IMG/VR virus record: IMGVR_UViG_3300037297_000066
Location: 124,001 to 188,000 of that record
Direction: 5' to 3' (one strand)
DNA: 64,000 nucleotides
Part shown: piece after piece, positions 18,683-27,545 of the stretch
Layout: each line of letters begins with the position of its first letter
Numbering within the stretch: the stretch's first letter is position 1
Notes under the pieces: model-generated
Told to the model about the DNA's origin: nothing
The model's input: the letters and a program-made list of their open reading frames with translations, nothing else
Databases searched by the model: none
Position numbers and translations under genes: made by a program

Positions 18683-19039
18683 TCACGCACCCACTCTATC
18701 GATGGCGACGGTGGCCCCGGCACGCTCCAGAGCTTGCTTGACTGCGGGGACCTCACCGACCCTCAAGCTAGGAAACACCACCGCATTCGGGGCACTCTCC
18801 ACCAGATCCTTGGTTTCCTTCAGACCCAAGTTCGTGAGCCTCCGGACCGCCTTGATCAGGTTGATCTTACTGACCCCGATCTCCTTGATCCGAACTTGAA
18901 CGCAGATGGGGGAAACGGCCTTCTTGAGTTCCTCCTGCAGGAGGCTCCGGACCAGGAGCAACGACTGTCGGTGTCGCTCTTTCAGCTCGATGGTGTGAGA
19001 GTTGCCTTCGTCGGTTTCGATGTGGAAGAACAGTTTCAT
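18683..19039 (-). CDS. ribosomal protein bL12 (L7/L12) C-terminal-domain protein
   Basis: KINLIKAVRRLTNLGLKETKDLVESAP...VKQALERAGATV; N-terminal part is not bL12-like. Confidence 0.85.
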   Translation of the reverse strand: MKLFFHIETDEGNSHTIELKERHRQSLLLVRSLLQEELKKAVSPICVQVRIKEIGVSKINLIKAVRRLTNLGLKETKDLVESAPNAVVFPSLRVGEVPAVKQALERAGATVAIDRVGA

Positions 19040-19677
19040 TTGCCCAGTCCTTTCAGTGCCTTGGGAAGCCTTTCAAACAGAACGGAAACCTCGGCTTCCG
19101 AAAGATTGTCGATGGAGACGGTGTATGCCTGCTCCTCAGTCACTTCGCCCCCTCGCATGAGACGGGGGTACCTTCGGCCAATTCCGTATCCGGAATCCAC
19201 ATAGGCCGAGACGGTGACCCCGAGCTCTGGAGAGTCCAAGGTCACAGGGTCGAAGCTGTTGGTCAGCCTGTCTGCAGTCTCCTCAGCAACTCGGCGAGCC
19301 TCTTCCTCGCTCTGAATCTTCTTCTGAGACTCTGCAAGCCTGCGATAGGCATCCCACACCTCGTTCACGATCTCTTGGACCGTGAGCTGGTGCTTCTTGG
19401 TGTCCCGAATGTTTTGCCGCCGTCGGCCATCGGCAGAATAGGGAGCCTTGACTGGAGTCAGAAAGCTCACCATCACCATGTTTTTGCCGCCTACGGGCCC
19501 GAAACTCCCGTAATGAGCTCCAACTTCGCCAAATCGGACGCTCACTCGGACGTCGTTGATTACCTGGAGCTCCTCATCGACCTCGTTTCCCGCCGACCTC
19601 AAGGTGTTACAAACACCTTTTTTGAGCTCCAGGGCACGCTTTCGGGTTTCCGTATGCTGGTAAATGTTGGTGGTCAT
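19036..19677 (-). CDS. hypothetical protein
   Basis: 213 aa, downstream of a promoter element. Confidence 0.7.
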   Translation of the reverse strand: MTTNIYQHTETRKRALELKKGVCNTLRSAGNEVDEELQVINDVRVSVRFGEVGAHYGSFGPVGGKNMVMVSFLTPVKAPYSADGRRRQNIRDTKKHQLTVQEIVNEVWDAYRRLAESQKKIQSEEEARRVAEETADRLTNSFDPVTLDSPELGVTVSAYVDSGYGIGRRYPRLMRGGEVTEEQAYTVSIDNLSEAEVSVLFERLPKALKGLGK

Positions 19678-19694
19678 GTCTTTGACTTTCGCCT

Positions 19695-19725
19695 CTACTA
19701 CACTTGGGGGAACCGGATCTTAACC
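19695..19725 (-). promoter_or_regulatory. 31-bp promoter element
   Basis: GG TTAAGA tccggttcccccaagtg TAGTAG. Confidence 0.85.
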
Positions 19726-19988
19726 CTGTCCTCGTCTAATTCGTCGCAAGGCTTCTCCAACGCACTCTTGGGAGCCCATCCCCACCCTAGGGCACAACAG
19801 TTCAGGGCACCTTGAAGCGGGGAGACCTGAGCGCTGTACCACCTATGGGCCCACGACTCCCGGGAAGGCTTCCCGTCGAGGAGCATGGCGGACCCCACAC
19901 AGGAGTCCGCCTCTTCGTAGCTACACCCACGAATGGTGCGAACGTTCTGGATGACCTTGAGGGTCCATTCGGTGTAAGACATCGACAT
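19698..19988 (-). CDS. hypothetical protein (C-terminus reads through a promoter element)
   Basis: Ends VKIRFPQV*. Confidence 0.5.
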   Translation of the reverse strand: MSMSYTEWTLKVIQNVRTIRGCSYEEADSCVGSAMLLDGKPSRESWAHRWYSAQVSPLQGALNCCALGWGWAPKSALEKPCDELDEDRVKIRFPQV

Positions 19989-19990
19989 AC

Positions 19991-20404
19991 CTAGTTGGAC
20001 TGAGCCAGGTTTCTCCACCCGTTGGCTCGGGCCAGCTCGAAGACTTCCTGGGAAATGGGGACTATTCGGGTCACGTGGACGGACCCCAGTTCCCCCTCAG
20101 GCATCACGACCGAAAAGGCCCTGCCAAACACGTAGCCGGCTGATCGGTTGTCCCGATCATACTCGACCTCAGCCTCGTAGTCTTCCCGGGCCTCTTCGCC
20201 CTCGGAGTCGGAAGGGGGGTCGGGTTCCTTCACGTACCCGAAGACCAAGATCCCGTGGGATTCGTAGGCCGCCCAGTTGAAGAAGTACGTCCCGTGAGGG
20301 AAGTCCGTAGGCTGGTAACGGGAATCCTTCAGGGATTCCTGCGCTCGGGCCCGAATATTCTGGACGTATTCTAGCAGGCTTTCTGCTGTATCAAACGAGG
20401 TCAT
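19991..20404 (-). CDS. hypothetical protein
   Basis: ATG 5 nt after the promoter element. Confidence 0.7.
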   Translation of the reverse strand: MTSFDTAESLLEYVQNIRARAQESLKDSRYQPTDFPHGTYFFNWAAYESHGILVFGYVKEPDPPSDSEGEEAREDYEAEVEYDRDNRSAGYVFGRAFSVVMPEGELGSVHVTRIVPISQEVFELARANGWRNLAQSN

Positions 20405-20409
20405 ACCCC

Positions 20410-20440
20410 ACACTACACGTGAGGGGCCCAGATCTTAACC
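20410..20440 (-). promoter_or_regulatory. 31-bp promoter element
   Basis: GG TTAAGA tctgggcccctcacgtg TAGTGT. Confidence 0.85.
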
Positions 20441-20536
20441 TGTTCGAAACAAATTCTGAAACGCTACTGTTCGAGCCCCCACAGCTCTAGGATACTGTTC
20501 ACGGTCTCAGCCAGCTGCGAGAGGGACAGGTCCGTA

Positions 20537-21076
20537 TCAGAGGGGTCGAACAAGCCTCAGGCACTCCTCGAAGGCCGTCAGGTCGCGCCCCAGGTCTTGC
20601 ACCGGAGCCTTGGGCACCACCATTGGCCATCCAGCCGTATCGAGAGCCCCGTCAATCATGAGGTTGTCCCTGAGCCCAAAATCCTCGAAGGTGGTCTGGT
20701 TCTTGAGACCACACATCTTGACGAACTCCCGGGACCGTTCTGCGAAGGGTCGAGGGTCGTTGCTGTAGCCCATGATCCTCATCCCACGGCCCAGGGCCAG
20801 GGCCATCTCGAACACGGTTCCTACGTCGGCTGAGGGGCCCCGGAAGGGCGTGAGGTTGGCGATGACCAGCTTGCAGGAACTGATGAGCCGTATGTTCCCA
20901 TGGTAGATGGCCATCCCAAAGCGACGGGGATCAGGATAGGCATCGGGGTCCAAGTCAGAGTCCAGCGGGAAAACCCCCTCGTAGCCATACTTCTGGCACA
21001 GGGCCTTCTTCCTCTCCCCTTGCTCTTCAGCGTCCGGGAGAAAGACGTCAGGCCCTGCCAGGTAGATCCGGATCAT
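20537..21076 (-). CDS. nucleoside 2-deoxyribosyltransferase family protein
   Basis: IYLAGPDVF...ANLTPFRGPSADVGTVFEM...DFGL.DNLMI. Confidence 0.9.
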   Translation of the reverse strand: MIRIYLAGPDVFLPDAEEQGERKKALCQKYGYEGVFPLDSDLDPDAYPDPRRFGMAIYHGNIRLISSCKLVIANLTPFRGPSADVGTVFEMALALGRGMRIMGYSNDPRPFAERSREFVKMCGLKNQTTFEDFGLRDNLMIDGALDTAGWPMVVPKAPVQDLGRDLTAFEECLRLVRPL

Positions 21077-21585
21077 GGGAGGTTTTTCCAGCCGATGCGA
21101 GCTTTACGAAGGTCGGCCTTGGCTTGCTCGAAGGCAGCTCGATACCTCTCGGCCTCGGCTTCCTTGTCTCGAAGATTCTGTTCGAGCTGGTGCATCTTCT
21201 TCGCCAAGTGCTTCAAAGCCAGGGTCTTGGTGCTGAACACCATCCCAACTTGCAGTTCGAGTTTGTTGCCTTCCTCATCCAGGAAGATTCGGTAGAACCG
21301 ATTCCAGGAGTAGCTCCTGCCGCTACTCACGTACGCCTGAACCAGTTGGTAAGAGCCATGCCAGTGGCTCACTTGCAGAACCCACATGAGCTTGCCGCCC
21401 TTCGTCATGGCTTTATGGGCTTCTTGCTCGGTATCGAAGACGTTCTCGGAAGGAACAATCTCGGCCCTAGTGGACTTTCCCCGAGGGTGGATAAAGGCGT
21501 TCTCCCCATCCACCGTGACCGTGACCTCTTCGACGTGTTGAGGCTTACCCTTATCCGCTTCCCGAACAATGTACATCTTCTTCAT
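21073..21585 (-). CDS. hypothetical protein, C-terminal coiled coil
   Basis: 170 aa ORF, ATGA coupling. Confidence 0.7.
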   Translation of the reverse strand: MKKMYIVREADKGKPQHVEEVTVTVDGENAFIHPRGKSTRAEIVPSENVFDTEQEAHKAMTKGGKLMWVLQVSHWHGSYQLVQAYVSSGRSYSWNRFYRIFLDEEGNKLELQVGMVFSTKTLALKHLAKKMHQLEQNLRDKEAEAERYRAAFEQAKADLRKARIGWKNLP

Positions 21586-21869
21586 GATCTGTCTCCAAAA
21601 ATGGCTTCCCTGACTTGGTCGAGAGCTTCAGCATCGGTTCGGCCTTCACCCTTGACGCATCGTGAACCTCTCGTGAACATCCAGAATGTGTGGAACACCC
21701 CGTTCAATCGGTAGTCGTTGTGGACGGCCACCATCCACCCTTCTTGCCGGATGTCATCGGGAGAAGCGGCCCTAGTAGTGATGCTTCTAGCCGCTCGATC
21801 GAACTCGTCTGACTCAGCCCTAGTGTCAGGCTGGTAGTGGGCCTCTGATCTTAGCCGAGGCATAGTCAC
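21582..21869 (-). CDS. hypothetical protein
   Basis: GWMVAVHNDY..NG..HTFW.F; coupled. Confidence 0.65.
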   Translation of the reverse strand: MTMPRLRSEAHYQPDTRAESDEFDRAARSITTRAASPDDIRQEGWMVAVHNDYRLNGVFHTFWMFTRGSRCVKGEGRTDAEALDQVREAIFGDRS

Positions 21870-22114
21870 TCTTCAATGAGCTCGGCTGCTTTCAACAGCA
21901 AGCCAGACAACGCCTGGGCCTCGGACTTCGTGAGCCTTCCCAACGAACTGGTTTTTTCCACCCCTTTGTTTGTCACCCAGTGCCTGTTGCAAGCTACCTT
22001 GGGAGGCCCGTTGTTGTAGCTACAGATGCGCACTCTCACGGATTTGGCCGGGGGTTTCTCGAAAGCCCCCACCTCGTGAAGCACCTTGTCATCTTCAGGT
22101 TTGAACTCTGGCAT
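21866..22114 (-). CDS. small protein, possibly PC4-like ssDNA-binding fold
   Basis: VRVRICSYNNGPPKV...R......LGRLT..E pattern. Confidence 0.4.
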   Translation of the reverse strand: MPEFKPEDDKVLHEVGAFEKPPAKSVRVRICSYNNGPPKVACNRHWVTNKGVEKTSSLGRLTKSEAQALSGLLLKAAELIEE

Positions 22115-22118
22115 CGGT

Positions 22119-22442
22119 TTACCAAATCACATCCCACTGAACCTCAGCGGAATACGCCTTAACAGCCTCTTCCAAACAAGCCTTCAGAAACGAAGAATCC
22201 AAGGCAGCCTCTAGCTTGTGAAGCACGCCCTCCTCTCGCATCCCTGGCTCAAGGAGGTTTCGGATTATAGAGGATAGTTGAGCTGTGTCTAGACAAGAAA
22301 TGTCGTATGCCTCCATCTCCTGCTCAAACAGCTCAGCAAAGCTCTGATGGATCAGACACTCCGACATACCGCCTTTCTCAAAGAACAGCCCTTCGTACAA
22401 CTTGGGTGCCAAAGCAAACCCCAAATGCAACATGAGACTCAT
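22119..22442 (-). CDS. hypothetical protein
   Basis: Coupled ORF. Confidence 0.55.
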   Translation of the reverse strand: MSLMLHLGFALAPKLYEGLFFEKGGMSECLIHQSFAELFEQEMEAYDISCLDTAQLSSIIRNLLEPGMREEGVLHKLEAALDSSFLKACLEEAVKAYSAEVQWDVIW

Positions 22443-22954
22443 GCGGCCACCGTTCCCAAGTCAGACTGTAGGAGCTCTCTGAATCTAGGCCAGACTCTCT
22501 GGCAGAAGAGCATGAGCTGGGTGGGTACGTCGTAGACAGCCCACTCCCAAGCTTCTTCCAGTCGAGTCTCCTCAAGCCAATTACCGAAGTCTTCGGATCG
22601 CCTGAGGTTGTTGAACTCTCGGGGCAGGTCCCATTCACACCGGGCTTGATCCTTCTCCAGGTAACCCTCTCTCCGCAACCGACAGATCTCTTCCCGAATG
22701 TTACTCAGGGTTCGATCTGCCTGGTACTCTCGGGCTCCCCCAGCGAGTTTGCCTGAAAGGTAGCAGGTGTCGAGCTCTAGCAAGAACTCTCGGAACCCCC
22801 CTTTCCCCCAGCCCTGAGAGGGCCAGTGGTAGACATAGTTGCCAAAGTCGCTTGCAATGGCCAGCATGCCGTTGCTATCGAGCAAGAAGACACCCCATCC
22901 TTCGCCAGGCTTGTCGTTCCTCAAGGCGTATCGCCAGACCTGTACTTCGCTCAC
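22439..22954 (-). CDS. phage-type hypothetical protein
   Basis: SDFGNYVYHW...FL...D..YL..KL. Confidence 0.7.
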   Translation of the reverse strand: MSEVQVWRYALRNDKPGEGWGVFLLDSNGMLAIASDFGNYVYHWPSQGWGKGGFREFLLELDTCYLSGKLAGGAREYQADRTLSNIREEICRLRREGYLEKDQARCEWDLPREFNNLRRSEDFGNWLEETRLEEAWEWAVYDVPTQLMLFCQRVWPRFRELLQSDLGTVAA

Positions 22955-23259
22955 GTCTCCTCCTCGTACCCATATCGTAGTCGGAGATCTCCCAACATCC
23001 CTCGGGCGAAACCGATAGCTTCTTCACAAGAGCTCCTCTTCGCCATATCAACCACTTGAGACAACCTGTCGTGAATAGCCTCGACAGCTACTGCTGGAAG
23101 GTCTGCTTCTCCGATGACACCGGCTTCAATGGCTTTGTCACGAAGGGCTTTTCGAGCATCCTCCATCTCATCCATGAGCCATTCTAGGTCATTCTTGGAA
23201 ATGTCCCCTCCCCTGATGACGGCTCCAAGGTCCAGCAAGAGTCGGTGTGGATTTTTCAC
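22951..23259 (-). CDS. hypothetical protein
   Basis: Start re-called to GTG 23259. Confidence 0.55.
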   Translation of the reverse strand: MKNPHRLLLDLGAVIRGGDISKNDLEWLMDEMEDARKALRDKAIEAGVIGEADLPAVAVEAIHDRLSQVVDMAKRSSCEEAIGFARGMLGDLRLRYGYEEET

Positions 23260-23284
23260 GAATCCCTTTGGGTTGCAACGAGTA

Positions 23285-23383
23285 GGCTTTGCCTCAAAAG
23301 GGGTGATTCTGGCTTGACAAGGCAAGCTTTTTCGGAAGAAATGAGTTCTAACAAAGCCAGCTCTGCGGTTTTAAGGCAGAGAC
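23285..23383. repeat. dispersed 99-bp repeat, copy 1
   Basis: 89/99 identical to 54596-54694, no indels, 42-bp identical core containing TTGACA. Confidence 0.95.
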
Positions 23384-23403
23384 CAACGAGTATCAGCATT
23401 GGA

Positions 23404-23772
23404 TCACACATCCCAGACTGCCCATACGGGCAACGGTAGCTTAGCGAGCTCCTGTTCACTCATCCGATCAATGGCCTGATGCGCCAGAGACCTGAGGTCC
23501 CGGTGTCGCTGAGTGTAGGCAGAAACATACGGCACCGTTTGTACCCAAGGAGGGTTGGCTTCATGGTGTGCAGTGTGAGAGGCTTCGACCAACAACTCTC
23601 CTATGTGCTGCACCACACTCCGATCGGAATGTTGGAACCGAAAGATGTGGGGATCCTGGTTAGGAAGAGGACACCCGGGCCTTACCGTCACACGACCTTT
23701 TAGACGGTCCTGTTCCGATTCGGTGACAAGCACAAAGAAAGTTGGGTTTTCTGGATGGGCTATGTGAAGCAT
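23404..23772 (-). CDS. hypothetical protein
   Basis: GGTGTATAGT motif upstream. Confidence 0.65.
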   Translation of the reverse strand: MLHIAHPENPTFFVLVTESEQDRLKGRVTVRPGCPLPNQDPHIFRFQHSDRSVVQHIGELLVEASHTAHHEANPPWVQTVPYVSAYTQRHRDLRSLAHQAIDRMSEQELAKLPLPVWAVWDV

Positions 23773-23803
23773 TGCCTAGGCCACTATACACCGAAGATCC
23801 TTT

Positions 23804-24076
23804 TTGATGACCAACATCTACATGTGGACCGTCTACCTAGCCCAGAACCCTGACGGGATCTTCTACACCGGCATTACCACAGATCTGGACAAACGAATCC
23901 AGCAGCACAACGGCCTGCTGACCGGAGGGGCGAAGTTCACCCGAGGAAAGGGCCCCTGGAGGATCGTCCACACAGAGCTCTACCCATCCAAGGGCACTGC
24001 TCTTCGAAGAGAAGCTGTCATCAAGAAGCTTTCGGCCTATGAGAAATCTCTCCTGGCCAAGATCATCCCGGTGTAA
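23804..24076 (+). CDS. GIY-YIG nuclease (small YhbQ/UPF0213-like)
   Basis: TVYL...DG.FYTGITTDL.KR..QHN...GGAKFTRG.GPW......ALRRE..IK. Confidence 0.9.
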   Translation: MMTNIYMWTVYLAQNPDGIFYTGITTDLDKRIQQHNGLLTGGAKFTRGKGPWRIVHTELYPSKGTALRREAVIKKLSAYEKSLLAKIIPV

Positions 24077-24085
24077 GGTAGGGGA

Positions 24086-24592
24086 GTGCCGCTCTACAGG
24101 AATGCCTCCAAGCGGGTGGTGGAGCTACAAATTGGACCTTCTGGTCGGTTAGTTCCGATCAAACCCGAAGAGTCCATCAACCTCGACAGCTCCGAAATCA
24201 AACTGGCGGAAGCCCTTATCCAAGAGAAGGCCCTGGTGCCGGCTTCTTCAGAGTTCCTGCACCACAAGGACACCCCGACCAATCAGCGTTTCGTGGAGGC
24301 TGTCATAGCTGTCCTAGACAGGGTCCCTGGAAGAACCTCGTCCACGCAGGTACTTCAGTCGATCCAGGACCGCACCCACTGGTTCAACATGGTATCAAAA
24401 CCAGAGGATGCCTTGGTTCTCATTGAAGACCTCGACAAGATGGTGGTCCACGTGATGAAGAATCCTCAAGGGATGAATCCTCAAAAACTGAGAGAACTCC
24501 AAGACAAATGGGCCCTCAGGAGAGACGAGCTGAGGAAAATGCTCATCCCAACGGCCTGGGAACGGATGCTTTTGGACTTTCCCGACCCCTAA
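24086..24592 (+). CDS. hypothetical protein with C-terminal PTAWERML motif
   Basis: GTG 6 nt after GGTGTAAGGT. Confidence 0.7.
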   Translation: MPLYRNASKRVVELQIGPSGRLVPIKPEESINLDSSEIKLAEALIQEKALVPASSEFLHHKDTPTNQRFVEAVIAVLDRVPGRTSSTQVLQSIQDRTHWFNMVSKPEDALVLIEDLDKMVVHVMKNPQGMNPQKLRELQDKWALRRDELRKMLIPTAWERMLLDFPDP

Positions 24593-24624
24593 AATCGCAC
24601 TTTTTCTTGTGAGGTCCCTCTTTC

Positions 24625-25815
24625 GTGGACTATCGCAAGATCGTAGCCAGACACCTAGGACTACACCCCCAAGACCCCAAAGTAGAAGCTCATCCCTTGA
24701 TGAAGCTGGCTTTGGACCTTCCCGAGGGGAGAGGGCCTGAAATAGGGGCCTGCCATACTACTGTTGATCCAGAAAACTGGCATGGATCAAAGTGGTACGC
24801 CGAAGCTCTCAAAGGCGGGCCCCCGGTCCAGACAACCGAATGGGACGGGAACTTGGTAGTCCCTTCTCAGAGACTTATCGACGTGTGCAAAGAGGTTCTG
24901 AAGCTGAACTTCGTCTACCTCTACCACACCCAGACGGGAACCACGAAAGTGGTGTTGGCCAACGATCAATCAGCCATCAGAATCTCTCTGAGGGAGAAGG
25001 CTAAGAGTGCTTACTGCGTCATGGTCACAATCTCAGAGAATGACCTTGTAAAAGGGCGTCAACTCTTCGACCGAATGCTAATGCCTGACGACCCTCGAAA
25101 GGGGATCGTCTTCGTGTTGGCCACGACCATGCAAGGCTACACCATCCGGAGACTAGGGCTAGCCGGGACTCCCATCGAACGCAGCAACTACTCTCAGCAG
25201 GTATTGGAAGACTACGATCACGTAGTCAAAGACTTCCAAACGGAATCCCCTTGTGGACGGCTTGTCATCCTGTCTGGAGAGCCCGGTACTGGAAAGACCT
25301 ACCTTGTTCGAAGCTTCCTCACGGAGGTTCCCAAGGCTGCCTTCATCCTAATCCCACCGCACATCGTTCAAGACCTGGCGGGCCCCGACATCCTGCCTGC
25401 CCTCACCCAGGCCAAGGACGAAATGAGCGGACCCATCATCCTGGTCATCGAGGACGCAGACTCTTGCCTCGTGCCCCGAGAAGACGGGAGCATCAACACG
25501 ATCTCCTCTCTCCTGAATCTGGGAGACGGTATCATGGGCTCGATCCTGGACATCAGGATCTTGACCACGACGAACGCTCACAAGATCAAGATGGACCCTG
25601 CTACTCGTCGGGAAGGGCGGCTCTGTCGTCACATGCAAGTGGACGCCCTCTCTCCAGAGGAAGCTACGAACGTCTACCAGCGGCTTTTGCCGGGGCAGAA
25701 GTCTACGTTCAAGGAGCCCACCACACTGGCCAAGGTCTACGGGAAGGCTCGTCGAGAAGGCTGGGAACCCCCCAAGGCTACTCCCGCCAAACCCGAGATG
25801 AAGCCGTACCTGTAG
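24625..25815 (+). CDS. AAA+ ATPase
   Basis: Walker A GEPGTGKT, Walker B LVIEDAD, LLN..DG, TTN, DPA..R.GR. Confidence 0.9.
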   Translation: MDYRKIVARHLGLHPQDPKVEAHPLMKLALDLPEGRGPEIGACHTTVDPENWHGSKWYAEALKGGPPVQTTEWDGNLVVPSQRLIDVCKEVLKLNFVYLYHTQTGTTKVVLANDQSAIRISLREKAKSAYCVMVTISENDLVKGRQLFDRMLMPDDPRKGIVFVLATTMQGYTIRRLGLAGTPIERSNYSQQVLEDYDHVVKDFQTESPCGRLVILSGEPGTGKTYLVRSFLTEVPKAAFILIPPHIVQDLAGPDILPALTQAKDEMSGPIILVIEDADSCLVPREDGSINTISSLLNLGDGIMGSILDIRILTTTNAHKIKMDPATRREGRLCRHMQVDALSPEEATNVYQRLLPGQKSTFKEPTTLAKVYGKARREGWEPPKATPAKPEMKPYL

Positions 25816-25818
25816 GGG

Positions 25819-26190
25819 TCAGACCAACAGGTCGTAGGCAGCGTTGGGATCGGTCTTGGCCAGTTCAGCTGCCTGCTTGACGGTGTTCACTGCAGCCTTT
25901 TTCTCTGCCTCATCCTCCATCTTCTTGAGGCGAGTGTAGTAGTCTGGAATCTCAGTCAGGTGGTCAAGGGCGATCTCCCGAGCTTTGGACTTGTCGTCCG
26001 TGTGCTCTAGCTCGACCTCGATCCCCATTTCCAGTTCCTTGGGGTCAAGATCCTTCGGAGGCCCTTTGTCGGCCAATCCCCCAGGAATCTGGTCCTTGGG
26101 CTTGTCCTTCCCTTTGGCCAACAAGTCGTAGGCTTCTTTGGGACTGGTCTTGGCTAGCTGGGCGGCCTGACGAAGCGTCTCGGGGGTCAT
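25819..26190 (-). CDS. DUF5661-like phage protein
   Basis: IPGGLAD...EL.MGIEVELEHT.D...AREIALDHL.E.PDYY.RL; terminal repeat QAA.LAKT.P..AYDLL at both ends. Confidence 0.75.
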   Translation of the reverse strand: MTPETLRQAAQLAKTSPKEAYDLLAKGKDKPKDQIPGGLADKGPPKDLDPKELEMGIEVELEHTDDKSKAREIALDHLTEIPDYYTRLKKMEDEAEKKAAVNTVKQAAELAKTDPNAAYDLLV

Positions 26191-26213
26191 GCCAGAGACA
26201 ACCTACCAAAGGA

Positions 26214-26729
26214 TTAGGATCCCCGGTTCCCCCTAGAAAGCAGTCCTTCAGCAATAGAGCGTCCCAGCATAGCTGCCGGTGAGCCCGGGGCCTCGTGTCG
26301 AACCATTTCTCCAATGGCCTCCCCAACCAAACGTTCGGGGTCCGTCGAGCCGGTTCTTTGCATCCTGTCCACCAGAGCCCCGAAAAACGCTCCTGCTGCC
26401 TCGCTGGAAGGCGGGATGCCCAGGACCGATCCTTCCTCAAAAGTCTCTGAGAAGGGCTCCTCGGGGCTCCTAGAGCTCAATTTGGAGGATACCTTGGCTA
26501 GGAAGTTCAGCCACGCAGGCAACAGAGCCGGAGTTACACAGTCTTGGCCCATGAAAGGTTGGGGTTGTGTGGACGCATAGCCAAACTCGAACAACATCCT
26601 CAAAAGAGGGTCTCTATTGGCACGATAAAGTCGTACCGTAAACATCCACCTAGGGAAGCCCCCGTCCTGAGCCACAATGCGCTCGAACAGGTAGTTTTCT
26701 TCTCTATCTTCGAGGATTACCCAAGCCAT
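26214..26729 (-). CDS. Fam-A paralog (N-domain plus divergent C-terminus)
   Basis: MAWVIL..QDGGFPRW..LLPAWL..TFEEGSV. Confidence 0.7.
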   Translation of the reverse strand: MAWVILEDREENYLFERIVAQDGGFPRWMFTVRLYRANRDPLLRMLFEFGYASTQPQPFMGQDCVTPALLPAWLNFLAKVSSKLSSRSPEEPFSETFEEGSVLGIPPSSEAAGAFFGALVDRMQRTGSTDPERLVGEAIGEMVRHEAPGSPAAMLGRSIAEGLLSRGNRGS

Positions 26730-26733
26730 ATGG

Positions 26734-27144
26734 TTACCTGCTAAGCAACCGTCCTACGTGCCCCATACTCTCTACCACCTCAGCGAACCTAGCAAAGGTT
26801 CCGGGGGCCCCACTCCCATCCCGAACAGCCTTCTTACCCGAAAAAACACCCCCGTGTAGCCGGTAGACTTTCCGTGGGATGTTCCACCGAGCCTGGGCTT
26901 GGATACCGAGCTCAACCAGATGACTCAGTAGTTCGATAGGGAACGTTTCCTCAGGCAGTTTGATGTTCCTCCAGATCTTGGGGTAGATGGGGCCAGCCAC
27001 CTTGATGGACAGACAGATGACCCCTCCCTCGTGCTCGTGTAGCCCTAGGTAGTAGTACCTGTCTCCATCCTCGAAGAGACGGAAGATTCGAGACCGGATC
27101 CCTTTCTTCTCACCCTCCCGGTAGCCGGTCTCCAGAACTTCCAT
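26734..27144 (-). CDS. probable divergent Fam-A paralog (N-domain)
   Basis: FPIELLSHL..GVFSGKKAV; start re-called by TGATG overlap. Confidence 0.5.
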   Translation of the reverse strand: MEVLETGYREGEKKGIRSRIFRLFEDGDRYYYLGLHEHEGGVICLSIKVAGPIYPKIWRNIKLPEETFPIELLSHLVELGIQAQARWNIPRKVYRLHGGVFSGKKAVRDGSGAPGTFARFAEVVESMGHVGRLLSR

Positions 27145-27536
27145 CAGTCCCTTATCTTGCAGGCAGCTGTCTTCGAATACAGAGCATTGGACGTCAGAAA
27201 CTCGTCCGTCCAGTCCCACTTGTCCTCGATCAGGTGCCGTACCTCATCGGCGTTGAGATCGATTGTCTCAGGCTGATGCATCTCCAGCATCTGGATGACC
27301 GTGTCGTACTCGGCCGTATGGTCAGAGGGGACCTTGAGCCTGAAGGACAGGGCTTTGAGCTTGCCCGCCTCCAACTCCTGCAAACGTTCTCGAAGGGCCG
27401 CTTGAGCCTTTTCCAGGTAACCCTTACGAGCCTCTTTCACGATCTGAGCGTGCTCTTCCCGGTTCTTCTTGACCTTCTTCAGCACCTCTTTCGTCTTGCA
27501 GGTCACCACCATCTTGATGCCGTAGATTCCTTGCAC
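27144..27536 (-). CDS. phage-type hypothetical protein
   Basis: AGGAG RBS; NR.EH...A..GY...P.DH..EYD.VI.ML. Confidence 0.7.
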   Translation of the reverse strand: MQGIYGIKMVVTCKTKEVLKKVKKNREEHAQIVKEARKGYLEKAQAALRERLQELEAGKLKALSFRLKVPSDHTAEYDTVIQMLEMHQPETIDLNADEVRHLIEDKWDWTDEFLTSNALYSKTAACKIRD

Positions 27537-27545
27537 GGTACGCTC

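Noticed and set aside
15484-20440. CRISPR array or integron attC array from the 31-bp repeats
   Set aside because: Copies are 0.45-1.5 kb apart with whole genes between them, occur on both strands, lack attC RYYYAAC/GTTRRRY hairpin structure, and no cas or integrase gene is seen.
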